Shown here: one piece after another, positions 26,676-36,602 of the stretch | Numbering within the stretch: the first letter of the stretch is position 1 | How the letters are laid out: every line of letters starts with the position of its first letter | Assembly: GCA_019634125.1 (NCBI GenBank) | Contig: JAHQVX010000054.1 | Span: 1-55,985, forward strand | Reading direction: 5' to 3' | From: Saprospiraceae bacterium | GTDB taxonomy: Bacteria > Bacteroidota > Bacteroidia > Chitinophagales > JAHQVX01 | Length of the DNA stretch: 55,985 nucleotides | Made by a program: the position numbers and the translations under genes | Notes under the pieces: generated by a model | What the model was told of the DNA's origin: nothing | Seen by the model: only the letters and a program-made list of their open reading frames with translations | The model's database searches: none

Positions 26676-27722
26676 ATGAAACTACTGATAACAGGAGGTG
26701 CTGGATTTATTGGCACACACTTAGTCGCTCATTTCGTGCGCAAATATCCGAATTATTTTATAGTAAATCTAGACAAACTCACCTATGCAGGGAACTTGGA
26801 GAACCTGAAAGCTATTGAATCGGCAGAGAATTACAAATTCGTCAAAGGAGACATTTGTGATGTAGAGTTAATTCAGCAGTTATTCCAAGAATATCAGTTC
26901 GATGGTGTACTTCATTGTGCGGCAGAATCTCATGTGGATCGGTCCATTAAAGATCCACTCGCCTTTGTCCGTACCAATGTAATTGGTACGGTAAATCTCC
27001 TCCAAGCTTGTAAGGAGCACTGGAAAGACAATTTTACTAATAAAACCTTTTACCACATCTCTACAGATGAAGTATATGGGTCTTTAGGTGAAGAAGGTTT
27101 ATTTACCGAAGAAACAGCATACGACCCAAGAAGTCCGTATTCTGCTTCTAAAGCCAGCTCCGATCACTTTGTACGAGCATATTACCATACTTATGGCTTA
27201 CCCGTGAAACTTAGTAATTGTTCCAATAATTATGGCCCCTATCAATTTCCTGAAAAGCTCATTCCGCTCTTTATTAATAATATTCTCCACAATAAACCCT
27301 TGCCAGTCTACGGTCAAGGAATTAACGTTAGAGACTGGCTGTATGTAAAAGATCATGTCCGTGCTATTGATACCATTTTCCATGATGGCGATGTAGGCGA
27401 AACCTATAATATTGGTGGCCACAACGAATGGCGAAATATAGACCTCATTCGCCAATTATGTCTGTTAATGGATGAAAAACTAGGTCGAGAAACAGGTTCT
27501 TCAGAGCAGCTGATCACCTACGTGACGGATCGGGCTGGGCACGACATGCGTTATGCCATAGATGCAAGTAAGATTGGAAAAGCATTAAACTGGCAGCCTT
27601 CCTTACAATTTGAAGAAGGCTTATCCAAAACGATTGACTGGTACTTAGCGAACGAAGCATGGTTAGCTCAAGTCACGAGTGGAGAGTACAGAAACTATTA
27701 TCAAGAACAATATAGCCACTAA
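26676..27722 (+). CDS. rfbB: dTDP-glucose 4,6-dehydratase
   Basis: GGAGFIGTH Rossmann motif and [10 protein letters not shown] (YxxxK). Canonical RmlB length. Confidence 0.95.
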   Translation: MKLLITGGAGFIGTHLVAHFVRKYPNYFIVNLDKLTYAGNLENLKAIESAENYKFVKGDICDVELIQQLFQEYQFDGVLHCAAESHVDRSIKDPLAFVRTNVIGTVNLLQACKEHWKDNFTNKTFYHISTDEVYGSLGEEGLFTEETAYDPRSPYSASKASSDHFVRAYYHTYGLPVKLSNCSNNYGPYQFPEKLIPLFINNILHNKPLPVYGQGINVRDWLYVKDHVRAIDTIFHDGDVGETYNIGGHNEWRNIDLIRQLCLLMDEKLGRETGSSEQLITYVTDRAGHDMRYAIDASKIGKALNWQPSLQFEEGLSKTIDWYLANEAWLAQVTSGEYRNYYQEQYSH

Positions 27723-27723
27723 T

Positions 27724-28587
27724 ATGAAAGGAATTATCCTTGCTGGAGGAAGCGGTACAAGGTTATACCCGATTACCAAAGCTGTGAGCAAACAGCTCAC
27801 ACCCATTTACGATAAGCCAATGATCTACTATCCGCTTTCTATCTTGATGAAAGCTGGTATTAAAGACATATTAATCATCAGCACTCCGCACGACCTACCT
27901 ATGTTTGAGAAGCTATTAGGCAGCGGAGAAGAATGGGGTCTAAACTTTTCTTATGTTGTACAGCCTAGCCCCGACGGCCTGGCTCAAGCCTTCATTCTTG
28001 GAGAGGAATTCATCGGCAACGATAAGGTATCCTTAATTCTTGGAGATAACATTTTCTACGGAGCCAACTTAAACCAATTATTAGAGCAGAGTAACGATCC
28101 AGATGGAGGAATCATTTTCGCTTATCCTGTTTCCGATCCAGAACGCTATGGCGTGGTGGAGTTTGATGCCCATTTCAACGCCCTATCGATTGAAGAAAAG
28201 CCTACCCAACCCAAATCAAAATATGCTGTGCCGGGATTATATTTCTATGATAATTCCGTTGTAGAAGTAGCCAAGAATATTCAACCAAGTCCGCGCGGCG
28301 AACTAGAAATCACGGATGTAAACAAGCATTATTTAGACACAGGTCGATTAAAAGTAGGTGTTCTAGACCGAGGAACAGCCTGGTTAGACACAGGAACTAT
28401 AGATAGTCTAATGCATGCCGGTCAATTCATCCAAGTCATCGAGAAACGACAAGGTTTAAAAATCGGTTGTCCGGAAGAAATTGCCTACCGAAAAGGCTTT
28501 ATTAACGCTGCCCAATTAGAGCAACTCGCTCAACCTTTACTTAAAAGTGGATATGGTAAATATTTACTAAGTTTACTCTCCGACTGA
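27724..28587 (+). CDS. rfbA: glucose-1-phosphate thymidylyltransferase
   Basis: [18 protein letters not shown]... Start moved from 27679 to the ATG at 27724, immediately after the rfbB stop. Confidence 0.95.
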   Translation: MKGIILAGGSGTRLYPITKAVSKQLTPIYDKPMIYYPLSILMKAGIKDILIISTPHDLPMFEKLLGSGEEWGLNFSYVVQPSPDGLAQAFILGEEFIGNDKVSLILGDNIFYGANLNQLLEQSNDPDGGIIFAYPVSDPERYGVVEFDAHFNALSIEEKPTQPKSKYAVPGLYFYDNSVVEVAKNIQPSPRGELEITDVNKHYLDTGRLKVGVLDRGTAWLDTGTIDSLMHAGQFIQVIEKRQGLKIGCPEEIAYRKGFINAAQLEQLAQPLLKSGYGKYLLSLLSD

Positions 28588-28597
28588 TGTTGTGTTG

Positions 28598-29719
28598 ATG
28601 ACTAAAAAACGGATTGCAATTTCCGCGAACACCTCCTGGAACATTTACAATTTCAGGATTCCACTTATTCATTTTCTTCAAAAAAATGGCTATGAGGTCA
28701 TTGCTGTTGCTCCCGAAGGTGAAGCAACGGCTTTAATCGAACAGAAAGGTATTCCTGTGCATATTCTCCGTTTTTTGGAACGGAAAGGCACGAATCCTGT
28801 GAATGAGATTAAATTGATCAATGAATATGTTCAAGCTTATAAAAAGCAATCTATTGATTTGGCTTTAAACTTCACGATTAAGCCGAATATATACGGTGCT
28901 ATAGCCGCCAACAGAATAGGCATTCCTTCTACAGCAACAGTTACTGGCTTAGGCCATACGTTTATTTCGAAAGGTATATCGAGCACGGTGGCGAAGCAGT
29001 TGTATAAAATGGCGTTTCGGAAAGCCAATCGGGTAATTTTTCAAAACGAAGATGATCGATCATTATTCGAATCGATGAAATTAGCTTCAGCGGAGAAAAC
29101 GCTAATTATTCCTGGCTCAGGCATTGACACAAACCACTTTAGCAGTGTAGCTTATCCTGACTTTGAGAAGGAATTCAACTTTCTGTTTGTGGGTCGTCTT
29201 TTATTTGACAAAGGCATGCGTGAGCTAGATGCTGCTTTCCAGCAAATAGCTGGAAAGCATCCGCAGGCACACCTCCACATTGTAGGCAGTATCGATAATA
29301 ATAATCCGGCCGCTTACTCCCAAGAAGCTCTAGAACAACTCACCCAGCAGCCCAACGTACACTTCCATGGCCGGGTAGACGACCCGCGGCCATTCTTAGC
29401 CAACTGCCACTGTGTTGTACTACCCAGCTACCGAGAAGGATTACCACGTGTTATCCATGAAGCCATGGCTACCGCTCGCCCTGCCATTGTCACCGATGTT
29501 CCAGGTTGCCGACAAACCGTGAAGCATGGGTACAACGGATTCCAAGTAGCCGTGAAAGATGCTGCCGCCTTGGCGGCAGCTATGCACCAAATCATAGAAA
29601 TCCCACACCAAGAACGCATTCAAATGGGACAAAACGGCCGAAAAATGGCCGAAGACACCTTCGAAGCCCAAATCGTCAATCAAAAATACCTTGAGGTCTG
29701 TCGCCAGTTACTTAGCTAA
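28598..29719 (+). CDS. GT4-family glycosyltransferase
   Basis: N-terminal ANTSWNIYNFRIPLI... and C-terminal PSYREGLPRVIHEAMA (E-x7-E). ATG at 28598 preferred over GTG at 28592. Confidence 0.85.
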   Translation: MTKKRIAISANTSWNIYNFRIPLIHFLQKNGYEVIAVAPEGEATALIEQKGIPVHILRFLERKGTNPVNEIKLINEYVQAYKKQSIDLALNFTIKPNIYGAIAANRIGIPSTATVTGLGHTFISKGISSTVAKQLYKMAFRKANRVIFQNEDDRSLFESMKLASAEKTLIIPGSGIDTNHFSSVAYPDFEKEFNFLFVGRLLFDKGMRELDAAFQQIAGKHPQAHLHIVGSIDNNNPAAYSQEALEQLTQQPNVHFHGRVDDPRPFLANCHCVVLPSYREGLPRVIHEAMATARPAIVTDVPGCRQTVKHGYNGFQVAVKDAAALAAAMHQIIEIPHQERIQMGQNGRKMAEDTFEAQIVNQKYLEVCRQLLS

Positions 29720-30950
29720 ATTCCGAAAGCATACTTTGCACACTCTGCGTATACGTATATGCTTGCTTTACTTTCTCCCTGTTGGTTGAGTACTTGTCCA
29801 TAAGAGCCGTCTTCTGCTCCACTGCACGCTTTAAAGTAGCGCTTAAACTAGCCACATCTGAAGGAATAAATTCTAAGGAAAAACGTTCGCCAGCATTCAT
29901 CGCTTCCAAACAAGTAAATCGCCCATTGATTACAATCTTACCACTGGCTAAGGCATCGTAATACTTAATATGGGGAAGCAAATCGGAGTACGCTGAAAAC
30001 TTATCTGGGCAAACTATAATATCGGCCAACGATTGGTATGTGTAGAGCTTCTCGTAAGGAACCATGCCTAAAAAACGCACCGCATCTTGCAAGCCAGCTT
30101 CGCGAACAATATCCTGAGCTGCCTGCCAATCACTCCCTTTCCCGATCAACACTAATTTTGAGGTGGGTGCTCCAGACTGTTTCAGCTGAACGAAGGCATG
30201 GAGTAGATCCAACACGCCTCCAGTAGGCTTAAATGCACCTGCAAATAAAATTACGGTATCGGCTTCCAATAAGCCACACTGCGAACGTACTTCTTCCTGT
30301 AACGCTTCATCCACTTCTTGTTCGAGTAAAATCTGATTGGCCGCCTCGGGAACAAGCAACTGAATTTTATCGTCTAGCTTGTATTTGGACGTGAAATACT
30401 TTTGCACGCCTGGGCTGGGAAACAAGAAGCCCTTAGCATGTTGAAATACTTTATTATCGAGCCGAACTGCCGCATAGCGCTTGAAGAAGAAGATCAAGTT
30501 TCGTAAAAACGAATATTCTTTCTTCGCCATAAACTCAATGGGCGCAATACCATGAATATCGTTGATGTAGCCATGAATGAGGCGGTGCTTATTCAAGAAA
30601 TAACCCAATGAATTGTCTAAATGTTCTGGAAAAACGAAGGTGGAATTAGTTACGTTTTTCTCCGAAAAATAGGTTGAAAAGGTCTGTAGTACCCAACCAA
30701 AAAGCATCTTGGTGAGGCCAGCAGGCAAAAATGCCAAAGCCAATTGAAACTTCCGTTTATTGAGTTGCTGTAATCGAGTTGGAAGGAGGTGAACTTGAGC
30801 TTCGGGAAGCAATCCGGGTATGTCCTCGTGAAAGCCGTGTACTTCTACGGTTTTCCCTGCTTTAATGAGCTCGTTGAGAATGCCGATAATCCGAATATTC
30901 CCTCCGCCCGGACGGGTAAAGTCTTTAAATGAAATCAATCGATACTTCAT
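29712..30950 (-). CDS. GT-B-fold glycosyltransferase (divergent)
   Basis: 412 aa. The C-terminal half has GT4-like blocks (ILFAGAFKPTGG..., VCPD...). 4-nt overlap with the upstream GT gene. Confidence 0.65.
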   Translation of the reverse strand: MKYRLISFKDFTRPGGGNIRIIGILNELIKAGKTVEVHGFHEDIPGLLPEAQVHLLPTRLQQLNKRKFQLALAFLPAGLTKMLFGWVLQTFSTYFSEKNVTNSTFVFPEHLDNSLGYFLNKHRLIHGYINDIHGIAPIEFMAKKEYSFLRNLIFFFKRYAAVRLDNKVFQHAKGFLFPSPGVQKYFTSKYKLDDKIQLLVPEAANQILLEQEVDEALQEEVRSQCGLLEADTVILFAGAFKPTGGVLDLLHAFVQLKQSGAPTSKLVLIGKGSDWQAAQDIVREAGLQDAVRFLGMVPYEKLYTYQSLADIIVCPDKFSAYSDLLPHIKYYDALASGKIVINGRFTCLEAMNAGERFSLEFIPSDVASLSATLKRAVEQKTALMDKYSTNREKVKQAYTYTQSVQSMLSEFS

Positions 30951-32158
30951 GCGCTTAGCTCATCATAAATGGTTTGATAATGTGCTACAGCGGCGTCTTT
31001 GTCGAAGTGTTCATCGAACAATGAAGTAAATTCATTTGGTTGTACTTCGAAGCTGTTATGGAAGTCCAAGAAGCGGCTAGCCGCTTCTTCTGGATGGTCG
31101 ATCACCGCTTCTATCGTAGTTAAGAAGCCCACTTTGTACTGAGTAAGCCAACGTTCCATATCACCTACTCCACCATTGGTAATAGAGGGAAGAAGACAAG
31201 CGACATTTTCAGCAAATTTAGTGGGTGCCGAAGCTTGCTTGCTGTACAAGGTTTTGATGAAGAACAACGAATAATCGGCAGCGTTTAAGAACTCATACAT
31301 CCGATCGAAGGGTGCGGAGGTGACCTGAACACGGCCTGAAAGGCCGTGTTCCTCCAACTTCTCCGCAATAAAAACTTGCTCCTTTTTGTTCAATACCAAA
31401 AACTGAATACGATCATCTTTGGCTTGTAAGGCTTTAACCAATGCCAATTCCGCATCGAAATTATACCAGCTAGATACTGTACCCGTATGAATCAACAAAA
31501 TGTCCTCCGGCCCATAACCCAATTCCAATCGTATAGCCTCAATACGCTTCGGATCAGATATGGGCTTAAATACGGCTTTTGAAGCACAAGTGGGAATCAC
31601 CGTAATATGATTGCTTAAGTGGGCATACTTTACACCCAGAATAGCTTTGGCCTTGTGTGTCAGGGTTACGACATGATCACTGGCTTTATACAGCACATCT
31701 TCCATCTTCATTAAAAAACGATACTGAAGCGAACCCTGCTGAAGTCGACCACGATCTACTTTCTCCTGCGTTGAAAAGCCGCGGATATCAAACAACAACT
31801 TCGGCCCGAAACGTTTCTTCAAGATCCAACCCATCATGGTAGGAATCATACTTCTGCAGTGTATCAACGAAATAGGATACTTCTTGCATATCCGCCACCC
31901 TTTCCGAACAGCTTGCCAAATACAATTGATCGTACTTAAACTTCCATGCTTATTCGAATAGTTCAATCGATGCCAAGTAATATTCTTCCCTTCAATTAAC
32001 GCTTCAATGGACGCGACCCCATCCAAATCTTGGGCACGCTCAAAACTAATGAGGTGGAAATGTTGCTCTGCAGACAGGTCTAACAAGTACTCCAATACTT
32101 GCGATCGACCCAATGCCTCGGTCATACCGGTAAAAGAAATGTAAATGGTGTGTTTCAA
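30947..32158 (-). CDS. GT-B-fold glycosyltransferase (divergent)
   Basis: 403 aa. N-terminal IYISFTGMTEALGRSQV resembles the GT4 N-domain. Forms an operon with 29712-30950. Confidence 0.65.
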   Translation of the reverse strand: MKHTIYISFTGMTEALGRSQVLEYLLDLSAEQHFHLISFERAQDLDGVASIEALIEGKNITWHRLNYSNKHGSLSTINCIWQAVRKGWRICKKYPISLIHCRSMIPTMMGWILKKRFGPKLLFDIRGFSTQEKVDRGRLQQGSLQYRFLMKMEDVLYKASDHVVTLTHKAKAILGVKYAHLSNHITVIPTCASKAVFKPISDPKRIEAIRLELGYGPEDILLIHTGTVSSWYNFDAELALVKALQAKDDRIQFLVLNKKEQVFIAEKLEEHGLSGRVQVTSAPFDRMYEFLNAADYSLFFIKTLYSKQASAPTKFAENVACLLPSITNGGVGDMERWLTQYKVGFLTTIEAVIDHPEEAASRFLDFHNSFEVQPNEFTSLFDEHFDKDAAVAHYQTIYDELSA

Positions 32159-32279
32159 AGTGGTTGCGCTAAATCGATCGCAAAACTAAGCATTCACATC
32201 CGATGATAAAATAGTATGCCTTTAAATTAAATTCGGCTTTGCCAGTCATACCCACTATCTTTGCCCACTCAAATCGATT

Positions 32280-33251
32280 ATGAAAACCATTTTTCTTACC
32301 GGAGTAGCCGGATTTATTGCCAACAGAACTGCCCAACTTTTACTAGAACAAGGCCATAAAGTAGTAGGTATTGACAACATTAACGACTACTACGATACGA
32401 AGATCAAGCATCACCGATTAAATAAGATCAAAGACCATCCGAACTTTGAATTCCATTTAGGAGACATTGAAGACTTGTCTACCTTAGACACCATCTTCAG
32501 TCAGCATCAATTTGACGCAGTACTCAATTTAGCCGCACGTGCTGGTGTGCGTTACAGCTTAGAGAATCCACATGTGTACATGACAACCAATGCGAATGCT
32601 ACGCTTAACATTCTAGAAATGATGCGAAAATATGGGGTGTCTAAAATGGTTCTAGCATCTACCTCGTCGCTGTACGCTGGACAACCCATGCCGTTCTTAG
32701 AATCCTTGCCAGTGAACACGCCCATCTCTCCATATGCAGCTTCTAAGAAAGCCGCAGAAATGATGTGTTATTCCTATGCCTACCAATACGATTTGGATAT
32801 TACCGTTGTGCGCTATTTCACCGTATACGGACCAGCAGGAAGACCAGATATGAGTATCTTCCGTTTCATTAAATGGATTGATGATGGTACACCAATTGAA
32901 TTATTTGGTGATGGTACACAAGCTAGAGACTTCACATATATTGACGATATTGCCAAAGGAACTATTGCAGCGATGAAACCACTTGGCTTTGAAATCATTA
33001 ACCTAGGAGGCGGAAACAACCCGATTTCTATCAATTACACTATTGAGTTTGCTGAAAAGTATTTGGGAAAGAAAGCCATCATCGAAAACAAGCCATTCCA
33101 CAAAGCAGATATCATGGAAACTTGGGCAAACATTTCCAAAGCAAAAGAACTTCTTGGATGGGAACCACAAGTTTCACTCGATGAAGGACTTACCAAATCA
33201 TTGGAATGGTACGAAGCCAATAGAGATTGGCTGAAAGATGTAAGATTATAA
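32280..33251 (+). CDS. NAD-dependent nucleotide-sugar epimerase (UDP-glucuronate 4-epimerase-like SDR)
   Basis: GVAGFIANR Rossmann motif and YAASKKAAE (YxxxK). 323 aa extended SDR. Confidence 0.8.
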   Translation: MKTIFLTGVAGFIANRTAQLLLEQGHKVVGIDNINDYYDTKIKHHRLNKIKDHPNFEFHLGDIEDLSTLDTIFSQHQFDAVLNLAARAGVRYSLENPHVYMTTNANATLNILEMMRKYGVSKMVLASTSSLYAGQPMPFLESLPVNTPISPYAASKKAAEMMCYSYAYQYDLDITVVRYFTVYGPAGRPDMSIFRFIKWIDDGTPIELFGDGTQARDFTYIDDIAKGTIAAMKPLGFEIINLGGGNNPISINYTIEFAEKYLGKKAIIENKPFHKADIMETWANISKAKELLGWEPQVSLDEGLTKSLEWYEANRDWLKDVRL

Positions 33252-33272
33252 AAAAGCGTAACTTCACTCCGA

Positions 33273-34367
33273 ATGTTTAGTGTAGACAATCCCGTCATTT
33301 ATACTCCGTTAGCGTTCCTTACTGCTTTTGTAGTGACTTATATCGCTATTCCGTCTATCATCAACGTAGCTCGTAAAAAAAATCTATTCGATGAACCAGG
33401 AGCTCGAAAGGCACATAGCTCAAAGATTCCAACACTAGGTGGTGTGGCCATTTTTGGAGGCTTTATTATCGCTCTTTCCATTTGGGGAAACTTTAAAAAC
33501 TTACCGTTATTACAATATGTTCTCGCTGCTTCCTGCTTAATCTTTTTGATCGGCGCAAAAGACGATATTATTGAGCTGGCAGCGTACAAAAAATTCATTG
33601 GTCAAATTATTGCCACAGGTATCGTTGTGGTTTTGGGAAACTTAAGGTTCACTAACTTCCACGACTTGTTTGGTGGTGGTGAGGTGCCTTATTTGCTAAG
33701 CATTGCCATTACAGGGTTCACACTACTTGTCATCATCAACTCCTTCAACTTAATTGATGGCATAAATGGTCTTTCTGGAACCATTGGTGCGATTATCAGC
33801 TTAGCCTTTGGGTTGTGGTTTTGGATGAATGGTGAGCATCAAATGGCCGTGCTTTCTGCCTCATTACTAGGCGCCCTACTTGCATTCTTGAAGTATAACG
33901 TCACGCCCGCTTCCATATTCATGGGAGATACCGGTTCGTTATTAATTGGAACCCTTTCCTCGATCATGGCGATTAAGTTTTCTGAAATGAACTTACAGCC
34001 CGATTTGGCTTTTCCATTGGATTCAGCACCAGCGGTAAGTATTGGGTTTTTAGCCTTACCATTATTCGACTTGCTTCGCGCATTTAGTATTCGAATTTCA
34101 AGAGGAAAATCACCGTTTAGTCCTGATCGAAATCACATGCACCACATGTTAATTGATTCTGGCTTAACTCATATGCAGGCCACCTATATTCTTGCTTTTA
34201 TTCAGATTGTTTTTATCGCCCTGTCTATTAAGCTTCAGCACTTAGGTTCTTGGCCATTAATTGGCGTGCTCTTAACTATAGCCATCTTAGTGGCTACTCT
34301 ATTGGATATAACGAGAAAGCGCTACAAAAAAGCAAAGCGTAAAAAAACGATCTCGGAGAACGATTAA
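33273..34367 (+). CDS. polyprenyl-phosphate HexNAc-1-phosphate transferase (WecA/WbpL/MraY family)
   Basis: About 10 TM helices. Motifs IGAKDDI, NLIDGINGL, FMGDTGSLLIG and DRNHMHHML. Confidence 0.9.
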   Translation: MFSVDNPVIYTPLAFLTAFVVTYIAIPSIINVARKKNLFDEPGARKAHSSKIPTLGGVAIFGGFIIALSIWGNFKNLPLLQYVLAASCLIFLIGAKDDIIELAAYKKFIGQIIATGIVVVLGNLRFTNFHDLFGGGEVPYLLSIAITGFTLLVIINSFNLIDGINGLSGTIGAIISLAFGLWFWMNGEHQMAVLSASLLGALLAFLKYNVTPASIFMGDTGSLLIGTLSSIMAIKFSEMNLQPDLAFPLDSAPAVSIGFLALPLFDLLRAFSIRISRGKSPFSPDRNHMHHMLIDSGLTHMQATYILAFIQIVFIALSIKLQHLGSWPLIGVLLTIAILVATLLDITRKRYKKAKRKKTISEND

Positions 34368-35767
34368 CCTTCCTTCTTTCTAAGCCAAAGTGGAGTATTT
34401 GGACAAGCTCTATAGTTCTCATCAATGGCGATGAAAATATCTTTGGTGGCCTCATCGAGCCAACCGTACAACGTTTGTTGCTTCTTAAACTCTAAGGCGC
34501 GTTCTTTGATGGTTTCAAAGTCATCCTCTAGGTTCATTTGATGGGCATCTCTTTGGTTCTGAATATAAAGAATACGGTATCCGCTTCTCCCATAACGATC
34601 TTCGAATAAGTGTGGTTCAGAAATCTCATCTTTCTCTAAATCATCAATCGCCAAATACATCTGTGGATCATAGTCGATCAGCTGATCAATCTCGTAATAA
34701 GACGTACCTGTTTGTTGGTTGAAGAGTAAGCCACCTAATGCTTTTGTATTATCATCTTCTGAATAGAGATCTACTGCATACTCGAAAATGAGGGAATCGC
34801 TGTTAATTTTTCGGTAAATAGATTGCATCTCCTCCTCCACAGCATCGTATTGCGTGTCGGCCACTTCTGGACGTATTAATATGTGTCGTGCATGAAGCGC
34901 TTCATCTCTCCGCTCAATGGCTTGAATAAGGTGGAAGCCAAATTCAGTTTCAACAATTCGACTAACTTCTCCTGGAGTTAGTTTAAAGGCAACGTCTTCA
35001 AACTCCGGAACCATCTGCCCTTTTCGGAAGAAACTCAAGTCACCACCTTGTGCTGCATTCGACTCATCTTGAGAGTATTTGATAGCTAAATCCGTAAACT
35101 TCTCTCCAGCCTCGATGCGTTGTTTAATACTGTCTAATTGATTCACCACTTTAGAGCGGGCTTCTTCGTCTGGCTTAGGATACATCACAATTTGCGCCAG
35201 TTCTACTTCCGCATTGTAGTACGGTAACTGATCAATGGGAACTCGATAGAAAAATCGTTTGACTTCTGCTGGGGTAACTCGAACACTGGCTGTTACTTCT
35301 TCTTTCTTAGATTCTGCTAAGAGATAATCCAGTACCAAAGGCCTTAAGCTGGCTTTCATCTGATTGATGGTTTTCCCATAATACTCTTCAAAATCAGATA
35401 CGGAAGGCACTTGATTAACGAAATATTGAATTCTAGTATTGAGCTGATATTCGATTTGATCGGGGGCAATGAATAAACTATCGCGCAGCGCGTGCGTTTT
35501 GAGCACACGGTTCAAGATCACTTGATCGAGCACTTGACATTGAACGGCTGTTTCTTCAGCATCTGGATTATCGAGTAAGATACCTCCAGCTTCTTTCTCT
35601 ACATCTGATTTTAGAATAACATCTTCACCTACCACAGCTACTACATCATCAATAGTTAAGTTAACTGGCTTAGTATGCTCACTAGTTTGGGCAAAACCGA
35701 ACGTTACTACCAGGACTAATAGGCTGGCCATTGTGCTTCTAATCATTTTCATACACTTCAATTTCAT
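34364..35767 (-). CDS. SurA-like periplasmic peptidyl-prolyl isomerase/chaperone
   Basis: Signal peptide and a parvulin domain (GGDLSFFRKGQMVPEFEDVAFKL...GFHLIQ). Confidence 0.8.
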   Translation of the reverse strand: MKLKCMKMIRSTMASLLVLVVTFGFAQTSEHTKPVNLTIDDVVAVVGEDVILKSDVEKEAGGILLDNPDAEETAVQCQVLDQVILNRVLKTHALRDSLFIAPDQIEYQLNTRIQYFVNQVPSVSDFEEYYGKTINQMKASLRPLVLDYLLAESKKEEVTASVRVTPAEVKRFFYRVPIDQLPYYNAEVELAQIVMYPKPDEEARSKVVNQLDSIKQRIEAGEKFTDLAIKYSQDESNAAQGGDLSFFRKGQMVPEFEDVAFKLTPGEVSRIVETEFGFHLIQAIERRDEALHARHILIRPEVADTQYDAVEEEMQSIYRKINSDSLIFEYAVDLYSEDDNTKALGGLLFNQQTGTSYYEIDQLIDYDPQMYLAIDDLEKDEISEPHLFEDRYGRSGYRILYIQNQRDAHQMNLEDDFETIKERALEFKKQQTLYGWLDEATKDIFIAIDENYRACPNTPLWLRKKEG

Positions 35768-36602
35768 TATTATTCAACGCGGCATTGTAGAGCTGTTCTT
35801 TTAAGGCTCTAATAAAGTTTTGCTGTCGTTCTCTTAATAGTTGTTCTTCAAGTTGCTCTTGAATATGCTCCAACGGGGCTTTGCCCCGTTGCTGAACCTC
35901 TAAAACGCGGCAAAGATACTTATCCCCATTTGATTGCTCAATAAATGCCTTACCAATTTTTAGATCGTCAATAGCAATACCGGCTTGGAATGGAATAGTT
36001 TCAGTCCAATCGGTAAAGGTCCACCAGCGCGATTCGTTGAGCTGACATTCTAAGGCGTTATAGGCGCAATAGCGCAACAACTCTGAATCGTTTTCGCTTT
36101 CAGGGAATGCATTTAGCCACAAGGTTAACGAATCGGCCTTGGCCATTATGGAGTCGGTTTTCACAAAAATGCCTTTCAAGATGGGCTCATCAAGCAACCA
36201 CTCAGAACTGGCATACAGGGAGTCAATTTGTTGCTCGGTAATCACCGTATCCATTTTCTCAGCAATCATGCGTTGCTCATAGGAGTAACTGAGCAATGAG
36301 TTTTTATAATCTTCTACCTTGTTGTTGGTGGCTTGAAGTTGGTCGGCAGATAGGTTGCGAAGGGCTTGCTGGGTAATAATTTGTTGCTGGATCCACGCAT
36401 CGATAAACGCATTTGCTATTTGGCTGCTATCTTGGCTATTTTGGACATTATTTAGACCAAGTGCCTGTAAATCTTCAGGGAATAAGTAAGTATCTCCAAC
36501 CCTTGCTAAAGCTTCTTGTTGACGAGGCTGGAAGAACTGGCAGGCTCCTGCTGGCAAAGCCAGCAGGAGGATCCAAATGACCTTATTTATACAATTGCTC
36601 AA
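35739..36602 (-). CDS. lipoprotein, SurA-N-terminal-like chaperone domain protein
   Basis: Lipobox-like ...LALPAGAC. No parvulin domain is visible. Sandwiched, with overlaps, between two PPIase genes. Confidence 0.5.
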   Translation of the reverse strand: MSNCINKVIWILLLALPAGACQFFQPRQQEALARVGDTYLFPEDLQALGLNNVQNSQDSSQIANAFIDAWIQQQIITQQALRNLSADQLQATNNKVEDYKNSLLSYSYEQRMIAEKMDTVITEQQIDSLYASSEWLLDEPILKGIFVKTDSIMAKADSLTLWLNAFPESENDSELLRYCAYNALECQLNESRWWTFTDWTETIPFQAGIAIDDLKIGKAFIEQSNGDKYLCRVLEVQQRGKAPLEHIQEQLEEQLLRERQQNFIRALKEQLYNAALNNNEIEVYEND

